Of a stretch of DNA of 64,000 bases, positions 26,702 to 36,325 are shown piece by piece; the stretch's first letter is position 1, and every line of letters begins with the position of its first letter. Under the pieces are notes generated by a model. That model saw only the letters and a program-made list of their open reading frames with translations, was not told where the DNA came from and did no database searches. This DNA is from Chloroflexota bacterium (GTDB taxonomy: Bacteria; Chloroflexota; UBA11872; VXNJ01): contig OZ244573.1 in the NCBI GenBank assembly GCA_965217845.1, positions 2,275,663-2,339,662 of the forward strand, written 5' to 3'. A program made the position numbers and the translations under genes.

Positions 26702-27559
26702 ATGCGCGACTTTCGGATCGGTGTCGCCCAGATCAACCCGACCCTGGGCGATCTGGACCGCAATCTGCAACTGCACCTGGAGTGGATCGAGCGGGCCCGC
26801 GCCGATGGCTGCGATCTGGTCGTATTTCCCGAACTCTCGCTGACCGGCTACGTGCTCGAGGACCTGGCCTACGGGGTCGGGATGCGGCTTCAGGACCCAC
26901 GCCTACAGACCCTGGTGGAAGAGTCCAAGTCGATCTCGATCGTGGTCGGTTTCGTCGAACACACCCCCGACCACCAGTACCGCATCGCCAGCGCCTACCT
27001 CGAGGACGGGGCCATCGTCCATGTCCACCACAAGGTTTACCTGGTCACCTACGGGCTCTTTGACGAGGGCCGCTATCTGGCCGCGGGCGAACGGATCCGG
27101 GCCTTCGACACCAAATTCGGCCGCCAGGCAATCCTGATCTGCGAAGACCTCTGGCACCCCTCGGCGCTGGTGATTGCGGCCGCCGACGGGGCCGACGTCA
27201 TCCACGCCCCGGCCGCCAGCCCGGGCCGCGGCGTGGCCGGTGCAGTAGAGGTGCTCGGATCGGCGCGGACCTGGCACGACCTGACCCGGGTCTACGCGCA
27301 AATGCTGGTCAACTACACCATTTTTGCCAACCGCACCGGTTACGAGGACGGGATAAATTTCTACGGGGCTTCCCGCATCCTGGGGCCGGACGGGCAGGTG
27401 CTGGCCGATGCCGGCGCCGCCGAACCGACCCTGATACGCGCCGATCTGAGCGACGGCGCGCTGCGCCGGGCGCGCATCGCCTCACCCTTGCGGCGTGATG
27501 AGAAGCTGGTCGTGACGCTGTCCGAATTGGCCCGGATCCAGCAAGCCCGCACGATATGA
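26702..27559 (+). CDS. Nitrilase-family C-N hydrolase, probable glutaminase subunit of NAD synthetase
   Basis: FPELSLTGY (E), HHKVYL (K), ICEDLWH (C); ATGA overlap with nadE. Confidence 0.9.
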   Translation: MRDFRIGVAQINPTLGDLDRNLQLHLEWIERARADGCDLVVFPELSLTGYVLEDLAYGVGMRLQDPRLQTLVEESKSISIVVGFVEHTPDHQYRIASAYLEDGAIVHVHHKVYLVTYGLFDEGRYLAAGERIRAFDTKFGRQAILICEDLWHPSALVIAAADGADVIHAPAASPGRGVAGAVEVLGSARTWHDLTRVYAQMLVNYTIFANRTGYEDGINFYGASRILGPDGQVLADAGAAEPTLIRADLSDGALRRARIASPLRRDEKLVVTLSELARIQQARTI

Positions 27560-28422
27560 ACCCGTTCGCGCGGGCGCGCTCCGAACTGGTTGCAGAGCTG
27601 GATAGATGGCTCACTCTCGACCATGATCTGACCGCACAGATGCTTATCGGATTCGTGCGCAATCAGATCGGCAAGGTCGGATTCCGGCGCGCCGTCATCG
27701 CCCTTTCCGGCGGAATTGATTCGGCTCTATCGGCAGTAATCGCGGCGCGGGCGCTCGGCCCGGAGAACGTAACCGCGGTCATGATGCCCTATCGCCAGAG
27801 CAACCCCGACAGCCTCGGCCACGCCCAACTCCTGGCCGAGCGCCTGGGGATCAATTCACGGGTGATCGAAATAACCGCTCTGGTGGAGCCTTACTTTGCC
27901 AACAACCCCGAAATGGACAACCTGCGCCGCGGCAACGTGATGGCGCGGACCCGCATGACGCTCGTCTACGACATGTCGGCCCACCACGACGCCCTCGTAA
28001 TCGGGACCTCGAATAAGACCGAACTTCTGCTGGGCTACGGAACCCTGCACGGCGACATGGCCTCGGCGGTGAACCCACTCGGCGACATCTACAAGACCCA
28101 GGTATTTGCGCTGGCCGAGGCGCTCGGCATCCCGGATCAGATCCTGCGCAAGCCGCCGAGCGCCGATCTGTGGGAAGGCCAGACCGACGAGGAGGAGTTG
28201 GGCCTAACCTACCGCGACGTCGACCGCTTGCTGGTGCTGTTGGTCGATCGGCGCTTTAACTCCGAGGAGGCCGCCGCCGCCGGGGTGAATGGCGAATACA
28301 TCCGCCAGATCCTCGGCAAGGTCCGCACAAATCAGTTCAAACGCCGTCCGCCGGTAATCGCCAAGCTTTCCGACCGCACAATCGAGCGCGAGTTTCGCTA
28401 CCCGCGCGACTGGGGCGTCTGA
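27556..28422 (+). CDS. nadE: NAD+ synthetase
   Basis: [44 protein letters not shown]. Confidence 0.95.
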   Translation: MNPFARARSELVAELDRWLTLDHDLTAQMLIGFVRNQIGKVGFRRAVIALSGGIDSALSAVIAARALGPENVTAVMMPYRQSNPDSLGHAQLLAERLGINSRVIEITALVEPYFANNPEMDNLRRGNVMARTRMTLVYDMSAHHDALVIGTSNKTELLLGYGTLHGDMASAVNPLGDIYKTQVFALAEALGIPDQILRKPPSADLWEGQTDEEELGLTYRDVDRLLVLLVDRRFNSEEAAAAGVNGEYIRQILGKVRTNQFKRRPPVIAKLSDRTIEREFRYPRDWGV

Positions 28423-28456
28423 CCCGCGCAGCAGGGGCCGATGACATCTCTCCCGG

Positions 28457-28530
28457 TCGGGGCGGCCGGATTTGAACCGGCGACCTCCTGAACCCCATTC
28501 AGGTGCGCTTCCAAACTACGCCACGCCCCG
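28457..28530 (-). tRNA. tRNA-Pro(GGG)
   Basis: CGGGGCG acceptor, CCTGA-AT GGG GT-TCAGG, GTTCAAATC; followed by CCG rather than CCA. Confidence 0.94.
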
Positions 28531-28582
28531 TAGCCTGGCGATTATCGCCACCCCGCCGGCACCCCTCCGGCGTGGACAACGA

Positions 28583-28933
28583 TCAGTCGTTAAAAGCCTG
28601 GTTGCGCCGGTCCAGGTAATCGCTGCGCGGCGGCACGAACACGTCAAGGGCGACCGCGGGGCCGTCGATGGCAACCGCCGAGTGGACCTCGTTGGCGGGG
28701 ATCATGAAGAAATCGCCGACCTCGACGATATGCTCTTGGCCGCCGATCGTGAACCGGATCCGGCCGCTGAGTACGATCCCGCACTGCTCGTTGGGGTGCC
28801 GGTGTTCTGGAACCAGGCAACCTTCATCGAAACTCACATGCGAGAGCATGATCGTTTCGGTGCTGGCGATCCGAGCATTGACGCCCGCAATCAACTCCAG
28901 CGGTTCCAGATCGCTCAATCGAATCGAGGGCAC
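28583..28933 (-). CDS. Cupin domain protein
   Basis: PEHRHPNEQ and IPANEVHS motifs. Confidence 0.88.
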   Translation of the reverse strand: MPSIRLSDLEPLELIAGVNARIASTETIMLSHVSFDEGCLVPEHRHPNEQCGIVLSGRIRFTIGGQEHIVEVGDFFMIPANEVHSAVAIDGPAVALDVFVPPRSDYLDRRNQAFND

Positions 28934-28944
28934 GGCGGCGCTCC

Positions 28945-29688
28945 TTAATGGGTCGGGGCGACGAACTCGCCGCCACGCAGGACTTCGATGTTGTTGCCCC
29001 AGCGCTCCCCGGTCTCGGGGTTGATCGCATCGCTGGGACTGTACTGCACCACGTAGGCGCGGCGCGGGTTGCCGGTGGTGTTGGGGCCGGAGCGGTGCAG
29101 GCAGAGCGAGGAGAACACCGCAAACGCGCCTTTGCGGATCCGGCAGGGAATCCCCTCGGCATCGCCGCGGTAGCCGACCTTGTCACCAGTGTCATCATCG
29201 ACCCGGTGCTCCTGCAGGCCCCAGTGGTGCGATCCCGGGATAAGCCAGATCGTGCCGTTGGCTACCCTGGCGTCTTCCAGTGGAATCCACAGGGTCAAGT
29301 ACTCGAGTGGTTCGATCGGCACGTAACCGCTGTCCTGGTGCCAGGAAAACGAACCGCCGGTACGGGGCGCCTTGGTCACCGCCTGGTTCCAGTACAGGCG
29401 CACGTCCGGACCCAGCAGGGACCCGGCCAGCTCCGCCAGGTCACGCGAGAGCGCCAATTGGCCGCCGGCCTCGGAGAGGGCATGAATATCGCGGATGAAA
29501 TTCCGCCCTTCCAGGCTGATGCCGCTGCGTTCCCCAGCGCCGCGGAGCGCTGAATCCTGTTCTGCCCGCAGCCGTTCGAAATCGGCGCCGATCTGGTCCA
29601 GCAAGTCGTGATCGAGCACGGGGTCGGTGATGAAATACCCTTCGCGGTGAAACTGGTCGAGTTCGTCGGTGGTGGGGATCAAGGTCAC
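28945..29688 (-). CDS. PhyH-family Fe(II)/2-oxoglutarate dioxygenase
   Basis: WHQD, IPGSH, LHRSGPN...R. Confidence 0.92.
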   Translation of the reverse strand: MTLIPTTDELDQFHREGYFITDPVLDHDLLDQIGADFERLRAEQDSALRGAGERSGISLEGRNFIRDIHALSEAGGQLALSRDLAELAGSLLGPDVRLYWNQAVTKAPRTGGSFSWHQDSGYVPIEPLEYLTLWIPLEDARVANGTIWLIPGSHHWGLQEHRVDDDTGDKVGYRGDAEGIPCRIRKGAFAVFSSLCLHRSGPNTTGNPRRAYVVQYSPSDAINPETGERWGNNIEVLRGGEFVAPTH

Positions 29689-29850
29689 ACTTCCCGGTCA
29701 GGTATTGAATGGTTATTGCACCGCCGTCGGGCAGCGCTCCGATGAGATGGCGCAAACAACCAATTTTGCCCAGTGCACCATCCGGCTTGGGGTTGCGGCT
29801 AGACTGCGCCGAATTGCCTGCAATCCCTTACTATCCCGGAGCCGGCCTCA

Positions 29851-30828
29851 ATGCCTACCGCGCTCATGGGCCGGCCAATGGCCGAGTCCTGGCTAAGACA
29901 GACCCAGCTTGATCGCCTCCGTGCCGCCGGATGGCGGGTGGTCGTCGCAGCGGCCGAACCGCCCCTGACCGAAGAAGACCTGATCGCCGAAATAAGGGAC
30001 GTTGAGTACCTATTCGCCAACGGCCGCGACGATGTCAACGCCAGGGTGATCGCGTCGGCGCCCATGCTAAAGGGCATATTCAGGACCGGCGTGGGGGTCG
30101 ACATGGTTGACCTGGAAGCCGCCGCCGCGCACGGCATACCGGTCTGCAACACCCCGGGCAGCAACAGCGAAACCGTCGCCGACATGGCATTTGCAATGAT
30201 GTTGATGTTGCTGCGACGGGTGCGCGAGCTCGATTCGACCATGCACGCCGGCCGCTGGGAACCGATATTTGGCAACAACCTCCACCACAAGACGATCGGC
30301 ATCTTCGGGTTGGGTCGAATCGGGCGCGCGGTCGCCCGCCGAGCGCGGGCATTCCGAATGTCGATCCTGGGTTTTGATCCGTTCGTGACCCAGGAAAGCG
30401 TGGCCAGCGAAGAGATCGGCCTGGTCGCGGAGGTCGACGAGCTTTTCGCCCGCGCCGATATCGTTTCGCTGCATGCCCCGGCCACCGGCGACACCCGCGA
30501 AATCGTCAATTCCCATACCCTGGGCCTGATGCAGCCCGGAGCCGTCATCATCAGTGCCGCGCGCGGCGATCTGGTAAACGAGGCCGATCTGCTGGCGGCC
30601 CTGCGCGAAGGTCGCATTGCCGGCGCCGGGCTGGACGTGTTCAAAAACGAACCGGCGTTCGATCGTGCGTTCTGCGAGTTTCCCAACGTCGTACTCACGC
30701 CCCATGTGGCCGGCAACACGATCGAGACGACCGCGTCCACCGCTCACGCTTGCGTCGACAACGCGCTGGCGGTCGAATCGGGTCGCTGGCCGCGCGAAGT
30801 GGTCGCAAACGGCGTCTATTCCGACTAA
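29851..30828 (+). CDS. D-isomer-specific 2-hydroxyacid dehydrogenase (SerA-like, no ACT domain)
   Basis: GLGRIG, ARG, DVFKNEP, TPHVAG. Confidence 0.9.
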   Translation: MPTALMGRPMAESWLRQTQLDRLRAAGWRVVVAAAEPPLTEEDLIAEIRDVEYLFANGRDDVNARVIASAPMLKGIFRTGVGVDMVDLEAAAAHGIPVCNTPGSNSETVADMAFAMMLMLLRRVRELDSTMHAGRWEPIFGNNLHHKTIGIFGLGRIGRAVARRARAFRMSILGFDPFVTQESVASEEIGLVAEVDELFARADIVSLHAPATGDTREIVNSHTLGLMQPGAVIISAARGDLVNEADLLAALREGRIAGAGLDVFKNEPAFDRAFCEFPNVVLTPHVAGNTIETTASTAHACVDNALAVESGRWPREVVANGVYSD

Positions 30829-30842
30829 GGCCCCGATCCCAG

Positions 30843-31673
30843 ATGGGGACCCTGCATGTAGTCGCCACTCCGATTGGCAACCTGGACGATATCTCGCCCC
30901 GGTCGCGCGCGATTCTTGAATCGGCGTCCGCAATTTATGCCGAGGACACCCGCCGCACCCGCATCCTGCTCTCCCATCTGGAGATACGCACGCGACCGCG
31001 CAGTCTGCACGGCGACTCGCCCAACGCTGCCTGGGAGGCGGCCGCGGCCGCACTCATCGACGGCGACGTTGCCTACGTCACCGACGGAGGGACCCCGGCG
31101 GTGGCCGATCCGGGCGCGCGCCTGGTCCGACTAGCCCACCAAAACGGTCACCCGGTGCGGAGCGTTGCCGGGCCCTCGGCGGTGACCGCCGCGCTGGCGG
31201 TTTCGGGCCTGGAAAGCGGCGGACACGTATTTCTTGGATTCCTGCCGCCGCGGCGGTCGCGGCGGATGCAGTTGCTGGAATCGGCAATCGCCACCGAACT
31301 GCCGCTGGTGGCGTTCGTCGGACCGCATGATCTGGCCGATCTCCTGACCGAGCTCGCCGATCTTATGGGTCCCGAAACCGGTTTGGTCATCTGTCATGAA
31401 CTGACCAAACTGCACGAGCAGGTAGTGCGCACCACCCTGGGAAAGGCCCGCCAGCTTGAAGTAGTCAGGCTGGGCCGCGGTGAAAAGACTTTGGTCATCG
31501 ATCCGCCGCGCACCACCGTCGATCCGCCACCCGAGGCGCAGCTGCGGTCCGAACTGGCCGAACTTCGCGGCGCCGGCCTCTCGCCCAGCCGAGCCGCCCG
31601 CGCCCTGGCAACCCGGCACGGCCTGCCCAAGGAACGCATCTATCGTCTGGTCGTGGAACCGGAGAAAAGTTGA
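30843..31673 (+). CDS. rsmI: 16S rRNA C1402 2'-O-methyltransferase
   Basis: VVATPIGNLDDISPR, AEDTR, DGGTPAVADPG, ELTKLHE. Confidence 0.93.
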   Translation: MGTLHVVATPIGNLDDISPRSRAILESASAIYAEDTRRTRILLSHLEIRTRPRSLHGDSPNAAWEAAAAALIDGDVAYVTDGGTPAVADPGARLVRLAHQNGHPVRSVAGPSAVTAALAVSGLESGGHVFLGFLPPRRSRRMQLLESAIATELPLVAFVGPHDLADLLTELADLMGPETGLVICHELTKLHEQVVRTTLGKARQLEVVRLGRGEKTLVIDPPRTTVDPPPEAQLRSELAELRGAGLSPSRAARALATRHGLPKERIYRLVVEPEKS

Positions 31674-32674
31674 CCGCACTCCAACCCGTCGATACCGCTG
31701 CGCTAGCCGAAGCGGTAACCGGCGCCGCCGGCCGGATCGGCATCCTCGCAGCCTGGGGATCGCATTGGGGACGCCGGCCGCCGCCAGGTAAATACGCCGG
31801 CCTCGAGCTGACCGCGATGGACAAGATCCTTGATTTTTCGACCGGCGATCTGACCTGCCGGGTTGAGATTGGGATTGGCCACCAAGGCCTGACGCGGCGG
31901 TTGTCCGAGGCCGGGTTGGAATGGCCCCTGCAGCCACTGCCAGGCCAGACCGATCTGGCCCAGACCTACCTGTCCGGGGCAGCCTATGCCGACAGCGCCC
32001 TATTCCCCAATCCACGCGATTGGATCCTGGGCGGGACCCTGGTTAGCGGTCGCGGCGAAATCGTTACCACCGGCGGCGCCACGGTCAAGAACTCGGCCGG
32101 TTACGACCTGGCGCGCAGCTGCTTCGGCAGCATGGGGTTGGTGGCGGCGCCGGCGCAATTGCAGCTGCGGCTGCGCCCGCATCCGGAGCAGCGCACCCGG
32201 TTGAGGGCCAATGCGCCGGGACCGCGGCATTACCTGGCCGTCCTGGACGAAGTTCGCCGACAGCTCGATGTTGTCGACGGATTTCAGATCGGTGGCGGAG
32301 GTGGTCCCAGTTGGATCCGGCTGGTGCTGGCCGGTCCCCGCGATCGAGTGCGCGAAGCATCGGCGGCGCTGCAGCCTCTCTGCCCCGACCTGGATTCCGA
32401 TCATTTCCCCGTGGGGGCGGCGGCGGCCGACTGGGGCGGTTCCCGCTATCGCATCGGCCTGCCGGCCCATCAAATGGCCGACTTCTTCGGCGGCGCAGCG
32501 ACCCGTTTCTGGGCATTCCCGTTGCAGCGCCTGGCCTACGCGTCCGATCCCGCGAACGAGTGGGCCCACACCAACTGCGCCGCGCAGCTCCTGCCGCTGC
32601 CCGACCCGCAGCGGCTGCGCGAACGCGTAGGGCTGCTCTGCCGCGGGCTTGATCCCGATGAACGGTTCGTCTGA
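31670..32674 (+). CDS. FAD-binding oxidase, GlcE-like
   Basis: RDWILG, GGATVKNSAGYDL, GSMG, C-terminal LDP. Confidence 0.8.
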   Translation: MTALQPVDTAALAEAVTGAAGRIGILAAWGSHWGRRPPPGKYAGLELTAMDKILDFSTGDLTCRVEIGIGHQGLTRRLSEAGLEWPLQPLPGQTDLAQTYLSGAAYADSALFPNPRDWILGGTLVSGRGEIVTTGGATVKNSAGYDLARSCFGSMGLVAAPAQLQLRLRPHPEQRTRLRANAPGPRHYLAVLDEVRRQLDVVDGFQIGGGGGPSWIRLVLAGPRDRVREASAALQPLCPDLDSDHFPVGAAAADWGGSRYRIGLPAHQMADFFGGAATRFWAFPLQRLAYASDPANEWAHTNCAAQLLPLPDPQRLRERVGLLCRGLDPDERFV

Positions 32675-32785
32675 GCATGCACCGGCCCGGTTCCGTCCGG
32701 CCGCACGGAACCGCGATTGACGCGGCGGGCAAACCGCCAAGGTGGCGTTCATAATGATCCGGCTCGATCGCGAGAGGTAACTGGC

Positions 32786-34522
32786 TTGGCGGCAACCGCA
32801 TCCAACGAAAACGTGCGCTTCGAGCCCGACGAGATTCCGCCGACTCCGATCGCCATCGGCGCCGGACTCCAGTCGGCGATGGTGATCGTGGCCCCGGTCG
32901 TGCTGACCGTTGTGATCGTGGCCAGGGTGGCCGACCAGCCGGCCGAGTACCTCACCTGGGGCGTGTTCGCGGCGCTGTTGATCTGCGGGATCACCACTGT
33001 GGTGCAGGCCGTGCGGGTGGGCCCGATCGGATCCGGGCACGTGCTGATCATGGGCACGTCAGGGGCCTTCATCGCCGTCTGCGTTGCCGCGCTCACCGAA
33101 GGCGGGCCGGCGCTCATGGCCACCCTGGTGGTGGTGTCCTCGCTGATCCAATTCCTGCTGGCGTCGCGGCTGGCGCTGCTGCGGCGGATATTTACGCCCG
33201 TGATCGCCGGGACGGCGATCACCCTGATAGCGGTCACGGTAATGCCGATCGTCTTCGATACCGTCGGCAGCGTACCGCCCGGAGCACCCTCGCAATCGGC
33301 GCCGGTTACGGCGCTGGTCACCCTGGTGGTTATTGTCTTTCTCATCCTGCGGGCACCGCCGGCGCTGCGGCTCTGGTCGCCGCTGATTGGCATCGCTACC
33401 GGTTGCGTGATCGCCGCGATGTACGGCATCTACGATGCGGACTTGATCCTGGACGCCGCCTGGGTTGGCGTGCCCCTGGGAGCCTGGCCCGGGTTTGATT
33501 TCTCGCTGGGGCCCGAGTTCTGGGTGCTCCTGCCGGCGTTCGTGGTGGTCACCTTGGTCGGAGCAATCGAAACCCTCGGCGACGGGGTCGCCATCCAGCG
33601 CGTATCACGACGCCGCCCCCGAGCTACCGATTTCCGGGTCGTGCAGGGAGCACTGAATGCTGACGGGCTCGGCAATCTGCTTTCCGGGCTGGCCGGCACG
33701 CTGCCCAATACCACCTATTCGACCAGCATCTCCCTGGCCGATGTCACCGGCATCGGCGCCCGGCGGGTTGGGATCGTAATCGGGGTAACGTTGGCGGTGC
33801 TGGCGTTTTTTCCCAAGGCGACGGCGGTCCTGATTGCAATCCCCAACCCGGTTGCGGCGGCCTATCTGACCGTGCTGATCGGCCTGTTATTCGTCCAGGG
33901 CATGCGGATCATCGTCATCGACGGGATCGACCATCGCAAGGCGACCGTGGTTGGAATCTCTTTCTGGCTCGGGGTCGGCTTCCAGAACGGAATGATATTT
34001 GGAGATCAACTGGGCGACGGGTTCATCGCCGCGCTGCTCGGCAACGGGATGACATCGGGGGCGATCGTGGCCATCCTGATGATGGTCCTGATCGAGTTGA
34101 CCGGACCGCGCAGGCGGCGTTTGCGCACCAATCTGGATGATTCCTGCCTGCCCGGGCTGGAGCAGTTTCTGCGCGCGTTCGCAGCGCGAAGCGGCTGGGA
34201 CCAAGCGACAACCGACCGGCTCCTATCGGCCGGCGAAGAAACGCTGGCGATCCTGTTGCAGTCGGCCGAACAATCCGGCGATGACGCGCGCCGCCTGACC
34301 ATATCGGCGCGGATGGAGAGCGGACGCGCCGAAGTCGAGTTCGTCACCGCCTCTGAAACCGAAAACGTCGAGGACCGGATCGCCTACCTGAGCGAATTGC
34401 CGCCCGCACCCGATGAACGCGAAATCTCTTTCCGATTGCTTTGGCACTATGCCGATTCGGTTCGCCACCAGAAGTACCACGGGTTGGACGTGATCACGAT
34501 CGGTGTATCCGGGACGAGCTGA
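32786..34522 (+). CDS. NCS2 xanthine/uracil-type permease with C-terminal soluble domain
   Basis: MGTSGAF, IETLGD, ADGLGNLLSGLAGTLPNTTYS, many TM helices, about 140 aa soluble tail. Confidence 0.88.
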   Translation: MAATASNENVRFEPDEIPPTPIAIGAGLQSAMVIVAPVVLTVVIVARVADQPAEYLTWGVFAALLICGITTVVQAVRVGPIGSGHVLIMGTSGAFIAVCVAALTEGGPALMATLVVVSSLIQFLLASRLALLRRIFTPVIAGTAITLIAVTVMPIVFDTVGSVPPGAPSQSAPVTALVTLVVIVFLILRAPPALRLWSPLIGIATGCVIAAMYGIYDADLILDAAWVGVPLGAWPGFDFSLGPEFWVLLPAFVVVTLVGAIETLGDGVAIQRVSRRRPRATDFRVVQGALNADGLGNLLSGLAGTLPNTTYSTSISLADVTGIGARRVGIVIGVTLAVLAFFPKATAVLIAIPNPVAAAYLTVLIGLLFVQGMRIIVIDGIDHRKATVVGISFWLGVGFQNGMIFGDQLGDGFIAALLGNGMTSGAIVAILMMVLIELTGPRRRRLRTNLDDSCLPGLEQFLRAFAARSGWDQATTDRLLSAGEETLAILLQSAEQSGDDARRLTISARMESGRAEVEFVTASETENVEDRIAYLSELPPAPDEREISFRLLWHYADSVRHQKYHGLDVITIGVSGTS

Positions 34523-34664
34523 CCCCGCAATTGACGCACCGCCGTCTAAATGGGCGGCGTCCTGACGCAATCGGCCAATCCCCGCGCGAGGTCCGGGCTT
34601 TGCGGCGAGCCACGTGACCACAAGGCATGCCGCGCCAGGGAATCGGCGCTTGGTGGTTTGCCGG

Positions 34665-36098
34665 TCAGGCGCCTAGCTGAGCGGCCACCGCGCCGGGTTT
34701 GAGCAGATTCCAATACGAGAGTGCGGCTGCGGCCAGCATCAGGACGCCGGCGATGTAGAAGCCGATGGCAAATCCCTGCGCTTGCAATTCCGCCGGAGCA
34801 TCGATTGCGCGCCCGCCCGCGAACTGCAGCAGAACCAGGAACGCGAACAGACCGCCCCAGGCCGACTGGCCGGCGCCGAACCCGAAGGTCCGCGTGGCCG
34901 AGATGAACGCGCTCGCAGCACCCAACTGGCGCTGCGGCACCGATCCCATGATGATCGAGTTGTTCGTTGTCTGGGTCATCCCAGTTCCCATGCCGACCAG
35001 CACCATGGCCGCCGCCGCGACGGCGATCGAGGTGCCGGGCCCCATCTGCGCAAACAAGGTGTACCCCAACGCTCCGACCGCAAATCCCAGGGTGCGCGGG
35101 ATACCGGCGCCGACGCGGTCGGCCCAAACCCCGACGGCAGGCGACAGGATCGCCCCGACCGCGGGGTAGATCGCCATGTAGAGGCCGATCTGAAAGACCG
35201 GCACGCCCATGACCCGCTCCAGAACGAACGGTCCGTTGAGCATTAGCGCGGCCATGCATCCGAACCCGGTGAGGCCGATCGTGACCCCCAGCGAAAAATC
35301 GCGCCGCCGAAAGAGATTGAGGTCGAGCAACGGGTTGCGAGCGGTCGCGGTGCGATAGGCAAATCCAAAGGCCATCAATATGAATACGATCGCCGCCGCG
35401 TACAGCTCCACCGTTAGTCCGGTCGCAAAACCCCGGTTTATCCCGTAGACCAACGGCACCACCCAGCCCATGAGCAGGATCGAGGAAACATAGTCGAAAT
35501 TCCCTTCACCGGTGCCCGGCATCGGCGGGACCGCCGCCAATGCCATCACAAACGAGAGAAACGCCACCGGCGTCAGCGCGATGAACATCCAGCGCCAGTC
35601 CAGGTACTCGATCATGGTCCCGGCCAGCGGTGGCCCCAGCGCCAGCCCGCCGGCTGCCAGCGTGAACCAGAGCCCCAGCGCGCGGCTGCGCTGCGAGGCG
35701 GGAAAAACCGCTACCAGGATCGCCGTTCCGTTCGACTGCAGCAGGGCCGCTCCAACCGCCACGACGACGCGCGCGCCGATCAGCCAGCCGAGTCCCGGTG
35801 CCAGCCCGCAGGCCAGGGAGGCCAGCGCAAATAGCAGGCACCCGGCCGCAAAGGCGGTACGCCGCCCGTACATGTCCCCGTAGCGCCCGGTGGTCAGGTG
35901 CAGGCTGGAGACGATAACGAAAAAGATCAGCGCCACCCACTGCACGGTGGTGATGTCGGCCTGGAATTCTTCGGCCAGCGTCGGCAGGGCGACGTTTACC
36001 ATCGAAGCCGTTATCGTGGTGATCATGCTGGAAACCCCGACCGCCACCAGCACCCAATAGCGGCGCGCGGCGGAGTATTCGATCGCGGGATTGTTCAA
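34665..36098 (-). CDS. MFS transporter, DHA2 (14-TM) type
   Basis: [18 protein letters not shown] motif [13 protein letters not shown]. Confidence 0.92.
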   Translation of the reverse strand: MNNPAIEYSAARRYWVLVAVGVSSMITTITASMVNVALPTLAEEFQADITTVQWVALIFFVIVSSLHLTTGRYGDMYGRRTAFAAGCLLFALASLACGLAPGLGWLIGARVVVAVGAALLQSNGTAILVAVFPASQRSRALGLWFTLAAGGLALGPPLAGTMIEYLDWRWMFIALTPVAFLSFVMALAAVPPMPGTGEGNFDYVSSILLMGWVVPLVYGINRGFATGLTVELYAAAIVFILMAFGFAYRTATARNPLLDLNLFRRRDFSLGVTIGLTGFGCMAALMLNGPFVLERVMGVPVFQIGLYMAIYPAVGAILSPAVGVWADRVGAGIPRTLGFAVGALGYTLFAQMGPGTSIAVAAAAMVLVGMGTGMTQTTNNSIIMGSVPQRQLGAASAFISATRTFGFGAGQSAWGGLFAFLVLLQFAGGRAIDAPAELQAQGFAIGFYIAGVLMLAAAALSYWNLLKPGAVAAQLGA

Positions 36099-36153
36099 AC
36101 GGCGCCGCCCATACCGGGAATCTGGATTGACGCCTGCCGCGGTTTGCCGGATC

Positions 36154-36230
36154 TGGTCGGGGCGGCCGGATTTGAACCGGCGACCTCATCGTCCCGAACG
36201 ATGCGCGCTACCAGACTGCGCTACGCCCCG
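36154..36230 (-). tRNA. tRNA-Pro(CGG)
   Basis: CGGGGCG acceptor, CATCG-TT CGG GA-CGATG, GTTCAAATC, CCA. Confidence 0.96.
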
Positions 36231-36325
36231 CACCGGCCGAACCGGGCCCTAACGGCAGGTGCCGATCGTGACCCGAACCGCGCGCCACCATTATCAACGA
36301 TTTGCGCGAACGAGCGCCCGTCTGC

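Noticed and set aside
32688-32713. Perfect 9-bp inverted repeat as intrinsic terminator
   Set aside because: No U-tract on either strand; function cannot be supported.
28455-36187. Identical ~33-bp 3' segments of the two tRNA-Pro genes as attL/attR of an island
   Set aside because: Both are complete tRNAs with different anticodons; no integrase between them and the interval includes housekeeping rsmI.
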